Source: Eledone cirrhosa | Taxonomy: Eukaryota | Direction of reading: 5' to 3' | Length of the DNA: 64,000 nucleotides | NCBI GenBank assembly: GCA_964016885.1 | Contig: OZ024761.1 | Span: 8,556,001-8,620,000, forward strand | Shown: positions 31,260 to 44,789 of the stretch, piece after piece | Layout: each line of letters opens with the position of its first letter | How positions within the stretch are numbered: position 1 is the stretch's first letter | Made by a program: the position numbers and the translations under genes | The notes under the pieces: model-generated | Databases searched by the model: none | Told to the model about the DNA's origin: nothing | Seen by the model: the letters and a program-made list of their open reading frames with translations, nothing else

Positions 31260-31890
31260 TTCTCCAGCATCACATGTCACCAATCCTTGCCAAATCTATC
31301 ATGTCTTCTGATGGTCAGCCATTATTACTTCATCCGAATATCCTAGGTACACCTCTTCCACAACTCACATCCACTGAAATTTCTTTGTATTTCTTTAATC
31401 AGCTGTCATCTTCCATATACATTCCATGTTTTCTTCCTTGTACCCTACACCAGACCACTCCTACACAGAGATGTCTTCTCAGTTCATACTATGCCACCCA
31501 GGCACACTACTAACATTACACATGCACTGGAGCATGCTTCATTTCTTTCTAGACTCCACAGGTCCTCTGCAGTTAAGGCCAATGTTTCATTGCCACGTAG
31601 CATTGCAGTTCCCACACATCCTGGCATCACAGTCTACCCTTCCCTCTAAGCAGAAATACTAGCTCAGTAAATTTCTTTCAGCCCATTTTCATTTTGGGTA
31701 TCACACTTTCTGAGCATCTTCCACCACTGTTGATTAGGTCACCTTAGAAAAACTGCCAATAATCTCTAGAGAGCATCTGAGGCAATTGAAGCATGATTTA
31801 GTTCTTATTTCTTCTGAGTATCTGCTGTATACAACGTCTATCATCTCTGTTAATATGCCTGCAATCCCAATACACCTTTTGTGCGTTCAT
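31260..31890 (-). mobile_element. Highly diverged RTE 3' coding fragment
   Basis: Recognisable similarity to the RT C-terminal region of the other copies. Confidence 0.65.
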
Positions 31891-32243
31891 AGATTTCATA
31901 GTGTATCACCATCATCAGCGTTTTACATCCACGCTAGCAGAGGTTAGATGAGTTCTCCTGTTGTGGGCAATGTTAGGTCATGTTACCATATCTTGCTCAT
32001 ACAAAACTAATTCTGGCTTGGTTTCTACAGCTGGATGCCCTTCCTAATGCCAATCTCAATTACAGTGAGTACTGGAGGTTTTTTTGTTGTGACGCCTACT
32101 CGACCACTTTACAGTGTGGGCTGGGGGCTTCACTGGATGTATTTACTTTGGCCCGTTCTCATGAGTTAGAGTTAGAGTTAGTGTATATCTTAGCAAATTT
32201 CTGCCCACCCCTTACCTGATGGTAACAGATTTGTACATATCAA

Positions 32244-33157
32244 AACTTAGAAAACTAGGAGTAGGTGAGTGGCTTGTGAGGGCAGTACAAGTCATGTTAT
32301 AGAAGAACTGTCAGCAATGTCACAATTAACAATGACTATAGTGAAGAATTTAGCATGCAAGTTGGGGTCCATCAGTGCTCAGTTCTTAGCCCTCTCCTGT
32401 TTATTATCGTCCTGCAGGCTATGACGGAAGAGTTGAAGACTGACTGCCCATGGGAACTCCTGTATGCTGATGACCTAACTGTTATAGTTGAATCTATGGC
32501 TAAATTAGAGGAGAAATTCCAAACCTGGAAGCATGACCTAGAATCAAAAGGTCTTAAAGTCAACATAGCAAAGACTAAAGTTCTAGTAAATAGAAAGGAA
32601 AACAGGGCCCAGATCTCCTTAGGGAAATGGCCCAGCTCAGTGTGCAGAAAAGGAATAGGTAGAAATTCCATCCTATGTCCCAAATGCAAAATGTAGTTGG
32701 ATCTCAGGTAGGCTAACAAAGAATGTAGGTTTTACATGTGGTCTGTGCACAGGGGCAGTAAGTAGCAAGAGCTCTCAGGATACGATCTCCTTTAAATGCC
32801 AAGAGGGCTCTGTGAAGTAGTAGATAGTTTCTATTACCTGGGTGACCAAATTAACAGTGAAGGAATGTGTTCCAAAAGCACAGTAGCCAGAGTGAGAACA
32901 GGATAGAGAAAGTTCAGAAAGCTAATACCACTGCTAAAAAAAGTGTTTTCCCTCAAAATGAAAGGCAGACTGTATGATGTATGTATATGAACAACAATTA
33001 TGCACTATTGTGAGTCCTGAGCACTGCATGAAGAGGACCTGCGAAGATTGGAAAGAAATGAAGCTTCCATTCTTCGATGGATACATAAACGGCAAAGTAT
33101 AAATGAACTGTGTGAGAAATTAGACATAAGAGGGATCAGATGCAGTGTGCAGGAGAT
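32244..33157 (+). mobile_element. RTE internal RT fragment
   Basis: ORF 32355-32696: VGVHQCSVLSPLLF...LLYADD. Confidence 0.88.
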
Positions 33158-33159
33158 TG

Positions 33160-34490
33160 TGTTGATATATAAACCCGCCAGGAACAAGCTACAATTACCG
33201 TCCATTCGTATGCCTCTGAAAACGTTACCTGCGAATGTGCTGTAAGAATTATCCACTATAAACTGGCCCACATGCATGAGTTTTAACTTTGTTCAATTAG
33301 TGTATCTGTTGTACCTTATTCTAATCATGACGCCCTTGCCATTCTTGAAGGAAACATACTTGAATTTATTACCGACAACCAGGTCTATTATACTACCCAC
33401 CCCCTTTTTTAAAAACTAAATCCAGCTCTAAACTAGTAAAAAAGGTGGGAAATCATACATGTGCATAGTTTTTATCATCTTCAATCTATTCAATCTAGTT
33501 AAAAAATCATCAGTAGATCCTATACTCCACCTCATCTCCATTCCACTATTTACAACAATTGTACCACAATATCATCAGTAGATCTTATACTCCACTATTT
33601 ACAACAATTGTACCACAATATCATCAGTAGATCTTATACTCCACTATTTACAACAATTGTACCACAATATCATCAGTAGATCTTATACTCCACTATTTAC
33701 AACAATTGTACCACAATATCATCAGTAGATCTTATACTCCACTATTTACAACAATTGTACCACAATATCATCAGTAGATCCTATACTCCACTTCATCTCC
33801 ATTCCACTATTTACAACAATTGTACCACAATATCATCAGTAGATCCTATACTCCACTTCATCTCCATTCCACTATTTACAACAATTGTACCACAATATCA
33901 TCAGTAGATCCTATACCCCACTTCATCTCCATTCCACTATTTACAACAATTGTACCACAATATCATCAGTAGATCCTATACTCCACCTCATCTCCATTCC
34001 ACTATTTACAACAATTGTACCACAATATCATCAGTAGATCTTATACTCCACTTCATCCCCATTCCACTATTTACAACAATTGTACCACAATATCATCAGT
34101 AGATCTTATACTTCACTATTTAAAACAATTGTACCACAATATCTATCAAAAGTCTCTTCAACTACTACTAAAGCTTTGTTAACTAAAATAGCTATTTGTC
34201 TATTTGTACACTTACTAGCTCTGGCTATAAATCTACACTGGTAGCCACTCAGATCCTCTATTTCACACTTAAGCTTTACTATTAGATGATTAATATTCCA
34301 CCCAACTCCCTAGCTAAAACTGACAGGTAGTATTTTTTGTATATTATAACAAAATTACCTGTTGCTTTATCCGCCAGTGCTATGATATATACCTATGGCA
34401 AACTCCATTCAAAAACTGCTTTACCTCAGTCCCATTTGGTTTAGACGGCCCAACCATCTTAACCCACTATTTGCGAAGCTAACAAATCTC
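33160..34490 (-). mobile_element. Decayed Penelope-like element RT, Naiad/Nematis-like
   Basis: Manual minus-strand translation gives, in order, ADKATGNFVIIYKKYY, RFIARASKCT, YCGTIVVNSG, MYDFPPFFTSL and FIVDNSYSTFAGNVFRGIRMDGNCSLFLAGLY. These match PLE RT motifs as recalled. Confidence 0.72.
33508..34141. repeat. 49/64-bp tandem array inside the PLE RT sequence
   Basis: Unit ATCATCAGTAGATCTTATACTCCACTATTTACAACAATTGTACCACAAT, with or without a 15-bp insert; ~11 copies. Confidence 0.93.
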
Positions 34491-34723
34491 TTTTTATATG
34501 GGAACTACGAAGAAGGAAAGAAATGAAGCTTGCATGTTCCGATGGATGTGTAATAGTAACATACATGAATGGTAAAGTGTAAATGAACTGAGAGAAACAG
34601 AGTATAACAGGGATCAGATGCATATGAAGGATGACAGCTGTATAAAAAGGTGTAGAGCGCTCAAAATTGATGGAGCCTGTGCTGGGACACTTGCTCCAAG
34701 TTATATTAAATCGATTGTATTGT

Positions 34724-35098
34724 GAAGGCGCATGGCTTAGTGGTTCGAGCATAGGGCTTGCAATTGAAAGGTTGTGAGTTCAATCCTCGGACCGGGTGAT
34801 GTGTTGTTTCCTTGAGCAAGACACTTTATTTCACGTTGCTCCAGTTTACTCAGCTGTAGAAATGAGATGATAGGGACTGGGGTCCCTATCATTCCACTGC
34901 AAGGTGGTCGTAGAGGTGCCACGGCAAAAAAGCACCCAGCACTCACTGTAAATGAGGTTGGTGTTAGGAAGGGCATCCAGCTGTAGAAATCAAGCCAGGA
35001 TCAGTTCCTGTATGAGCAATCCATGGTCAGCTGACCAGACAACCTGTTTAACCCATACTAGCGTGGAAGAATGGACATAAAGCGGTGATGATGATGAT
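34724..35098 (+). mobile_element. tRNA-derived CORE/Meta-like SINE with RTE family b-type tail
   Basis: A and B boxes, central domain; the 3' end matches the reverse complement of 13575-13690. Confidence 0.88.
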
Positions 35099-35271
35099 TG
35101 ACTGAGTACTTACTTGAAGCCTGTTATACTTATCTGGTGAAAAACTAAAGGCAGGTAATCTGTTTTTTGGTTTTCTTCTTTTTGCTGAGAGATAACTCCC
35201 TTCGACAAGAACACCACAATGTATTCTACCATGTACAAACAGTACTTTCTTTCGCCTTTGCATTGATATAA

Positions 35272-35445
35272 GGCCTCCATGCTTCCCAAGATTCGCCAAC
35301 ACTTCACCTAATGTTCCCCCTCCATACACATACATAATTCACTTCCCTGACATTTGTGTATTATTCTATGTACTATACATGCACCTTTGACGAGTTGTAG
35401 TGCACCTGAGCACTGTACACAATAATTTCATTATATCTTCATTAT
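35272..35445 (+). mobile_element. CR1/L2-like LINE 3' end fragment
   Basis: Homologous to the reverse complement of 58440-58650. Confidence 0.65.
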
Positions 35446-35499
35446 ATCCCGTCTCACCCTTGCAAGCAGACGTAAAATGAAATGATGATGATGATGATT

Positions 35500-36690
35500 C
35501 ATAAACAGGCAACTACAAAATGGAAGCTTATAGGTAACTCCGGAACCCTCTCTTCTACTACCTCAATGTCACCAATCCCACTCCTCAGTACCAGTAACAA
35601 GTCAAATCTACTATACACCAGCTCATCACCTTCCTCTCTTCTTCCCCCACCCCCCTCGGCTTCCATCCTCATCATCCACACTCCAGGGACTTCTACTTCC
35701 TCCCCAAATTACACAAGCCTGACAACCCCATCGTCTTAGCGTGTAATTGCCCCACTGAACTTGTTTCAGCCTTTCTTGATATCGTCTTCTTCCCTCTGGT
35801 AGCTACCTTACCATCTCTTGACTCCCTTCATTTTCCCACCTGGCTCCCCGTCCTCAACATCCCCTATAAACTGTCATCCCCCATTCCGAAGGTCTCCTGG
35901 CCCTGCAACACTTCCTTAACCAAGTTGGTCCTCTCCATCAACTGTTTCTCCTTCTCGAGTGAGATTTACCAACAGACGACGGGGCTGGCCATGGATACAA
36001 GAATGGGCTCCCAGTTACGCCAACTTATTTCTTGGCTATGTTGAGGCTCAGATCTTTTCACAATACTCTGGCCCCACCCCTGGGTTTGTACAGTCGGGTC
36101 CGTACATCGACGACTGTTTTGACACCACGTGTCTCACCCGAGCCCAGCTCGACCTCTTTTTTGTTCTTTCTTCTGCTCCTTCCACCCCGCCCTCCATTTC
36201 ACCACCCCTATATCTCCACTTCTTCAGTTAACTTCCTAGATATCTCTGTAACCATTCACCCTTCCACAAGACAATTCTCCGTCTTTTCCACCCCCTACAG
36301 TCTGATCCCTTCACCTCATCCATTTTCTCCCCTACCTTCATTCGTGTTCAGAACCTTCTCACCCACAACACCAATACTCGACCCCCCCCCCCCCCAACCC
36401 TGTTGCCATACATGCAGCTTTATCTCCCACACCGCCAACCTTTTCCGTCTCGATGACCAGTCCTCCCAGGTTAGGGACTCCTTCAGCTGCACCTCCACCA
36501 GCCTTGTTTATGGACTCCGGTGTACTCTGTGCTGAGCTATCTACCTTGGTCAAACTGGCCGACAGATTAACTGAACACCTTTCGGACATCCGAGTCAGCA
36601 ACCCAATTCCAATCCCCTACCTCAGTGTCTTCGGGCTTACACATTGTGCGTGACCCTCCGACTCATGTTGGCAGAGAGAACAGCAACTTA
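35500..36690 (+). mobile_element. Decayed Penelope-like element, Neptune-type (RT, Cys linker, GIY-YIG endonuclease)
   Basis: Frameshifted motifs FYFLPKLHKPDNP, ACNCPTELVSAFLD, PSYANLFLGYVE, YIDD, VNFLDISV, PCCHTC, FSCTSTSLVYGLRCTLC, IYLGQTG, RLTEHLSDIR. Confidence 0.85.
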
Positions 36691-36745
36691 TTTTCTCCTG
36701 ACAAAGCTTTCTTCCACTTCATCTTCATGTGCCACCCATCTTCCT

Positions 36746-36952
36746 TTAACTCTTTAATATTCAAACCGGCCAAAATTCTCTACCTCTTTCTGTTGAAACT
36801 GGCTCTAAGTGGTCACTCATACTGATGTTAAGGTATTGTTCTCAAAATAAATACTTTCAAAATCTCATAGATTTGATATTATCTGAGATAAAGCCTTTAC
36901 CATGAAAATATGTATATATATATATAGGGTAATGTAAATGCTAAAGTGTTAA
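36746..36952. mobile_element. piggyBac-type MITE (~205 bp)
   Basis: TTAA flanks and decayed CCCTTTAGCATT...AATGCTAAAGGG TIRs; five copies in the window. Confidence 0.8.
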
Positions 36953-37268
36953 TCTGCTCTGTCTTACATTCTCTATCACACACATATATCACAGTTAGAT
37001 ACCTTACACGTACACATTATAAACTTCAACATACATACATACATTAAAATTTATCATACACTCACACATACTAATCCACTCTTCTCACAGACATACACTA
37101 CACTACCGATACTTTTTACATACACACAAAATTACTTCAACGCACATATACACACATTCACTCACACATACATGTCCTCTACCACATGCATATACACATA
37201 CACACACTATCTTTGATACTTAACACATATACCTTTAAAAATCACACATTTATATATACTCACACATA

Positions 37269-37625
37269 TCATCATCATCATCACCATCACCGTTTTACAT
37301 GGGTTAGACGGGCTGTCCTGTTGTGGGCAGTGTCTGGTCGGCTGACCTTGTCTTGATTTCTACAGCTGGATGCCCTTCCTAACACCAACCTCATTTACAG
37401 TGAGTGCTGGGTGCTTTTTTTTCCGTGGCACCTACACGACCACTTTGCAGTGGAATGATATGGACCCCAGTCCCTATCATCTCATTTCTACAGCTGAGTA
37501 AACTGGAGCAATGAGAAATAAAGTGTCTTGCCCAAGGAAACGACACATCACCCGGTCTGAGAATTGAACTCACAACCTTTCGATTGCAAGGCCAATGCTC
37601 TAACCACTAAGCCATGTGCCTCCAT
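37269..37625 (-). mobile_element. tRNA-derived CORE/Meta-like SINE with family b-type tail
   Basis: Same head and body as 22287; tail matches the RTE family b UTR. Confidence 0.88.
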
Positions 37626-38061
37626 CATATATATATATATTTATTATTAGTACAGATTAAAGTTTAAGCAAAGAATTTCAGCTTTCACCCTATTAAGGGA
37701 TCTTATGAAACTCGTTGTTTCAGAAGATATATATATATATATATAATTTGAATTCAGAATGCACAGATTTGAAACAGATACCATAAAGCATCTAATCTGA
37801 CACTTTAACAGTTCCACCAATTCATTTATTGAGGGCAACTCATTTGAACTCAGAGTTCAAGAGAGCAAGAGCAGATACTATACTCTGCCAATCTGCAGCT
37901 ATACAATTTTAAGTAAAAGAGAATGTGTGTGCGCGCACCTGAGATTCCACTAATTAGCCAAATCCCTCGCACCACATTTATAAAATCCAGGGCTGTAAAT
38001 TTCAAATATCCCCATTTCCTCTCACCTACAAATCCAAGGTTTCATGTTGGGTTATCTAAAA

Positions 38062-38332
38062 CAGCGGTCGCCAACAGGTGTTATTTTATAACACCCCTAA
38101 AAAATGTTTCTCCTCGGTAAAGAACTAACACCCATGAAAGAATTTTACACATATGTATCACCTATTGACAATATGACACAGGTACACTTCAGTATTGTTT
38201 AAAAAAATGGAAGTTCTCTGATCATTATTTTACAAATGTATTTATCTTTTTTAAAAATTCATATTAATGGTCCGATGGGTTTAAAATTATGAATTTAGTG
38301 GTCCATCAGGTCTGAAAGGTTGTTGAACACTG
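38062..38332. mobile_element. hAT (Charlie-like) MITE
   Basis: 8-bp TSD ATCTAAAA (38054-38061 and 38333-38340); imperfect TIRs CAGCGGTCGCCAAC / GTTGTTGAACACTG. Confidence 0.8.
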
Positions 38333-38542
38333 ATCTAAAAATTAATCAAGAAATCAAAATAGGCCAGGTTTACTATAATCAATATATATATCAATATTGT
38401 ATTTATCAAGTAAAGAAATCATTTTTACAACATAGAGTACATTTTACAAGAACATGGGACAAATTGCTCAAATGGACAAATTAAAAATATTTATATATAT
38501 ATATATACACACACATATATATATATATGTACACACATATAT

Positions 38543-39035
38543 CATCATCACCGCTTAATATCCACTTTTCCATGCTAGCATGAGTTGTTCTGTTGTGAGA
38601 AATGACGGGTCAGGTGACCATGTCTTGCTCATACAGAACTGATTTTGGCTAGATTTCTACAGCTGGACGCCCATCCTAATGTCAACTGCATTTACAGTGA
38701 GTACTGGATGCTTTTTGTCGTGACACTTACACGAACACTTTACAGTGTGGACTAGGTGTTTTTTGTTGTGTCGCCATCACAACCACTTTACAGTGTGGGC
38801 TGGGGACTTTGGTGGGAGAGATTGGGGAGGTGGGTATTTGGGCATGTGTGAGGACATGGGAGGTAAGTGGTGCACACTAGATGTATTCTTCAGCCACTGC
38901 TCATGGGAGGTGTATGGAAGAGTGGGGGTAGGGTGGAGGTGAAGGTGGTGTATACTATGTATGTTTCGCCATGTGCTCATGGGAAGGTGGGTCTTCTGTA
39001 TTACTACATAACGCCAGAGATCTGGGTCATATGTC
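38543..39035 (-). mobile_element. Diverged RTE 3' end and UTR
   Basis: (TCA)n tail, shared UTR module and RT C-terminal codons. Confidence 0.72.
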
Positions 39036-39039
39036 AGAA

Positions 39040-39225
39040 TCCAGCCAGAATTGTCTCACTTCTTTCTGTTCAAACTGGCTCTAACAGCTGCTCATACTGA
39101 TGTTAAAGTATTGTTCTCAAAATAAATAATATAAAAATCTCATAGATTTGATATTATGTGAGATAAAGCGTTTACCATGAAAATACAATAGTATATATAG
39201 AGTAATGTAAATGGTAAAGGGTTAA
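39040..39225. mobile_element. piggyBac-type MITE lacking its left end
   Basis: Homologous to 36746-36952; ends AAAGGGTTAA. Confidence 0.78.
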
Positions 39226-39414
39226 TATTTACAACCACACTTGCATTGTAGCAACTTCTCAGACTTAAACACTTTTATATATTTATATCTGAAAAGAAGC
39301 TGAGCATGAGTGTCCAAGTTTTATAACACGTATAGTATTTTATTTGGGGACAACAGACTATATTAAAACACACACATTATATAATGCTTTGTTTTTTATA
39401 TATATATATCTCAT

Positions 39415-39777
39415 AAAATGAGACAAGCATGCTCCGTTGCATGTGCAGTGTAAATGTGGGTGAACGACCCAGCATAAATGTGTTGAGAGAGAAACTGTGT
39501 CTGAGAATAGAATGTAGTGTACGGGAGAAGAGACTGAGGTGGTATGGACATGTGATGCGCATGGAGGATGACCGATGGGTGAAGAAGTGCCAGGAAATGC
39601 CAGTTGAAGGAAGACGTGGTAGAGGTAGACCACGAAAAACATGGGCGGAGGTGGTGAGAACAGACCTCAGATCATTGAAGCTCACGGTGGAGATGACGAA
39701 GGACCGTAACGAGTGGAGAGATGCTGTGCTGAATAAGACCCGTCCCACCTTTGCAAGCAGGGAAAAGCGGACGTAAA

Positions 39778-39823
<46 letters not shown>
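39415..39823 (+). mobile_element. RTE family c 3' end with (GAT)n tail
   Basis: ORF 39429-39776: [10 protein letters not shown]...GRPRKTW. Confidence 0.9.
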
Positions 39824-39826
<3 letters not shown>

Positions 39827-40866
39827 CAAAAATATGAATGAGAATTTGTTAGTGTCTGGGACATTTTTAAAGCCTTGGCAGAGCCCATCTCCTCTCCAGG
39901 TATGAACATAGCTGATTTCTTCCACAGGAGAGATAGATAGATAGACAGGAGGAAGGATGGACGGACAGAAATAAAATGTTAAATGCCTACAAAGCCCTCG
40001 AAGGGTTTGTTGCTCTTTTTTGTTAAGAGATAGTTCCATAGTATCAAGTAAATGCGAGATAAATTTTCCCCTGGATACAATGTTAGCATACCTTCAGTGT
40101 AAACACATACAACAGAATGCTTTCAGCTTGTCCATTTTGCTTCAACTTGATTGGTCAGTTGTTGCTGTTGTTGTTGGTGGTGGTGGTGGGAGAGAGGTGT
40201 CAATCGTCAGATCTGATCAAGGAAAATAATGTCTTCCATTGCTGATACTGTCTGTCAGTCATAAATCCTGGCGGGAAAGACATGAGATTTGAAACCAGAT
40301 CAGATATCTCCTTGCCCTAATCCCCCCGGCAAAGTATCCTACTGTTTGCCTGACTCTTTAACAATTCTGACAGTACGATACTTCTGCTCGGCTGATATTC
40401 TATTTATCTTAATAGGTTGACATTATTTACATTGGACATGTGTGACCTCCTCTGTCTAGGATGCTGTGAATTGATTTTCGTCGGAATCATGGCTGACTGA
40501 CAATATCTGTCAGATGTCTTTCATCGCTGTGCATGGGAAGAAAACAACTGTTCATGATACATAATACAATGGTATCACTGATTGGGGGTCAGCATATATG
40601 GTGTCTGTTGACCACATATGGATTTTAAGATGCCTGTGATTACCATGCATAGATTGGCCCCGGTTCATGATCCTGATAAAATAGTTGGATCTTGAGCTAA
40701 CATCTGGTCTTCATCATATATGGTGCCTGCTGCTGGGATCATGACTGGCTGACAATATTTGTGGTTGGTTGGTTGCACCCCAACCCCTCCAGGGCAAACA
40801 GAGTCACAAATACAATTACAGAATATTTAGTTTTCTTGCTGCTGTCAATTGTCGATGTTAAATAAT

Positions 40867-41037
40867 TGTTTCGACTTTAGGCACAAGGCCAACAATTACC
40901 CCAGTACATTACTGGTGCTTTATATTATCAACGCTGTAAGGATGAAAAGTAAAGTTAACCCCGCCAGGATTTGAACTCAGAACACAAAGGGCCATAACTC
41001 TATGCTGCAAAGCATGGTGTCCGACACTGCCAATCCA
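40867..41037 (-). mobile_element. Nin/Deu-domain SINE with 15-bp TSD
   Basis: TSD tcgatgttaaataat at 40852-40866 and 41038-41052. Confidence 0.85.
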
Positions 41038-41237
41038 TCGATGTTAAATAATAAACATACACACACACACACACAGAGGTTTGATTTGGAACTACAGGAA
41101 AATAACATACAGAAAACAGTTTTATTTGGTCTACCTACATACAACGGGCTTTAAATAGCTTTCTCTCAGCCAACATCCCATCTAGGTACTAAACATTAAA
41201 AACACATGCAGGTTTGACTTTTCCTTCTTGACAACCA

Positions 41238-42207
41238 TTAACCCTTTAGCATTCAAACCAGCCATACCTGGCCAGAATTCTCTCACCTCTTTCTGCTCAA
41301 ACCAGCGGCTCATACTGAGATTAAGTTATTGTTCTCAAAGTAAATAATATCAAAATCTCATAGATTCAATATTGTGAGGTAAAGCCTTTACCATGAAAAT
41401 ATAATAGTAAATATAGAGTAATCTATACATACATTGAAATATAGAGTAATCTATACATACACTGAAATTGTCTGTGCGTCCTAATTCTGGCAAAGTCTAT
41501 ACAAATCCACATTTCTACTCCGTTTGACTTCAAACTTGCATTTATATATTCCTTGCGGTCTAAAGATATTAACTGCAGCTTTTATTTTTCAATTTTCTGC
41601 TGTTAAAGGCGTTTTTTTCACTAAAACTTTAAGCCCTTTTTGTCAGTTCAGTTCGGCAATTTACAATGTTCAAGAGAGACAACTTTTTAGTATTTTGAAA
41701 GAGTTACCTCTCTTTATAGACTATATTACCCTTACCTAAACGTACATCCCTTGAAATTGTTGATGGTGACCCCAATAGTAACCCCGAAACGTTCGGCATC
41801 CAATATAACAGTTCGGTCTATATCAGATTGGGTAGATTTTTGTAACCTTCAAAGTATCCAACTAAATTCCTTCATGCTCTCCACCACTGCAGTCCCACAT
41901 GCTTACTGCTCTGTAACTTTCATTGTACCATAGCACAACAAATACATGTTCGGTTTGTCGAATGCCTTTTTACTTAACCCTATCGTCTTGGCTTTCGTGG
42001 GTTGAACATTTTACTCTCAGGCACCTGAAACCCTGGTAATCTACGACGAATTTTTTTTATAAGCACAAAATGTAGACACCATCCCCAGGCCGAAGTATTC
42101 CGTACTTCTCTGTACTGTTTCAGAAAGGAGGGATAAAAATGCCAATCTATGTTTAGAAGCCCGAGCAACGCCGGGCCATTCTGCTAGTGTAAATACTAAA
42201 GGGTTAA
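41238..42207. mobile_element. piggyBac-type MITE split by a Helitron
   Basis: TTAA-CCCTTTAGCATT at the left and AATACTAAAGGG-TTAA at the right. Removing 41422-42187 restores gtaa|tgtaaat. Confidence 0.85.
41422..42187 (+). mobile_element. Non-autonomous Helitron
   Basis: 5' TCTATAC; 3' hairpin gcccg-agcaacgc-cgggc followed by CTAG; inserted between A and T with no TSD. Confidence 0.85.
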
Positions 42208-43642
42208 GCATAGTGGCACTCCCCAATTTACCACAGTTCAGCATGGATCCTACAGCATCAACTTTGTTGTGGTTATTTCCTTGGTGTGTAAGGAGCTAAC
42301 ATGGGTTTCTAATTCCTTGTCTGTTTATAAATTAAGAATTTCCCTCAAAGGACACTCTACCCACGACAAACTCACCACTTTAAGGCCTCTAATTAACCCT
42401 TTAGTACTGAAATAGCCCCGTCCCTGTCACATCATCAAGCTTTCAGGGCAGCCAAAATAAGGTCATCATGTCACCAGAGGTTGCAAGAAATCAAATGAAT
42501 CATTGATATATTTAAAAAGAAATTTTTTAAATTAAATTCATTTTTTTTTTAATGTGGAATGATTTGACTTTTAAACGGTTTTTCTCCCCCCTTTCCCCCA
42601 CCAACGTTAATCAAACAAAAATCACAAAATGAAGTAAAATAAAATATTTTCTTCTTCACCCCACTTATTTCTGAAAGGGTTGTGGGGGGGGGGGGGGCAG
42701 AGTCCTCAAACACTCCAATAAGAACAGGGGTTGATTTAAAAAAAAAACCCCCACCCGTCTTCAAATTGCTGGCCTTGTGCCTAAAGTAGAAACAATTATT
42801 ATTGTTAAATGAAAATACAATGTTGTCACTGATCAATACGAAGTGAGAGCAGCGCATCTGAATACATACAGAAATGAGAAAATTCATCAGCTTTTAGCTG
42901 TTAAAACAGTTAAATGCTGTCAAAAATGACTAAGAGGACTGGGAGCAGCGGCCAGTGGTTGTTATGGTGGTCAGGTTGGATCTGTGGGGATTCTCAATTA
43001 GCCTTAGGGTTTATTCAGCTCTCTGTACTTGTTACTGAAATTTTTTTTCTCATTTCATTTCCACGTAAACCCCCCCCCCCCTCCTCCTATAGATTGGCTT
43101 TGTAATGTCAACTTCATTCAAGGCTCCCTCGTGGCACAAATAAAAGGAATCATAATTATTATTAATGACGGTGTCCCAGCATGGCCTGAGCCTATTGACT
43201 GGAACAGGTAAAAAGATTATACAAGTATTATTAGTGTATTTTTTTTTAAATTAAAAACTTCCTTTTTGCTTTATAATTTTCAAAATTCTCATACCCACAT
43301 TACCACCACCACCACCACCAACAACAACAACATGAAAGAGAGAAAAACTTAACCTGTTGACTGCTGTGTATATTTTACACAGCTACAGTTGCTGTGCCAA
43401 TTTTTTTCAGTAAAATGACTTATTTTTAAAACAAACATTTATTAACACATATCAGAATGATTGACAAACGTCACATCAATAAACTAGTAACGCCATCTAG
43501 CTGTGAAGTTATGAACTGTTAAAAAAGAGTTATTTCGTCTACAGCACTGAAGAGGTCAAGACAATTGGGCCCCTGAGTATGCATGGGTGCGATTGAGCTA
43601 GAGTTATCTTCTCTTGGCTGATCAAATACACACAACACATTG

Positions 43643-43757
<115 letters not shown>

Positions 43758-43861
43758 TGTATGTATATATATATGTGTAAAACCCAATTGGGCTCCACTC
43801 CTAAGGCCAGTCGTGATAACACATATAAATACATACACAAACTTCCGTTTGTGTATGTATT

Positions 43862-43907
<46 letters not shown>

Positions 43908-44697
43908 CACATACATTTACACATATGTATATGACGAAGGACACTAAGCATCCTAGTGCTGTAATGAGGTAATGCTGGGGCCAAAACAAAAGCATCCAGT
44001 CCACCCTGTAAAGTGATAGTGCTGGTGCCACAATGAAAAGCTCCCAGGCCACCCTGTAAGGTGGTAGTGTGCCAAAGTTACAATAAAATGCTCCCAGTAC
44101 ACTCTGTAAAATAGTTGGAGTTAGGAAGGGCATTCAGCCATAGACAGCATACTCACAGTACATGATGTATAGTAGTTGGTTTTAGGAAGGGTATCCAGGT
44201 GTAGAAATCAAGCCAAAACAAAGCATGCGAGCTAGATCTTGTCACCTGAACAGCTGGACCTCACCATGTGGCACCTCACCTGCTAAACCAAGCAAGCATG
44301 AAAAAAGGGTGATGATGATGATGAAGATGATAATGATGATGATGATGATATATACACACACAATACAGTTAAATATATATACATATATATTATGGTTGAT
44401 TTGGTTCAGTAGGGAAAAGTGGTGAGCCATATTTTGTTTTGTTTCCTTGGTAATAGTTTTATCGAAAACAGTCTAGCTAGAAAAATGTTTGGGGGCCACA
44501 GGATAAGGTGAAGTGGAAAGGAAAAAAAATTATACACTAAAGCTCACACTTATGTAGATTTCTCAAATATTTCAATGAAAGGGGCCCCAGTTCTATCATT
44601 GTATATATACACACATGTATATATATTCATATATACATACATATACTTGTATGTATATATATATATATATATATTCACACACACACACATATATATA

Positions 44698-44734
<37 letters not shown>

Positions 44735-44747
44735 TCACATATACACT

Positions 44748-44789
<42 letters not shown>

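Noticed and set aside
37630-37720. Hammerhead-like GAAA with short stem on the minus strand; similar weak cases at ~41745-41800 and ~43546
   Set aside because: CUGANGA core or stems I and III missing; cannot be supported.
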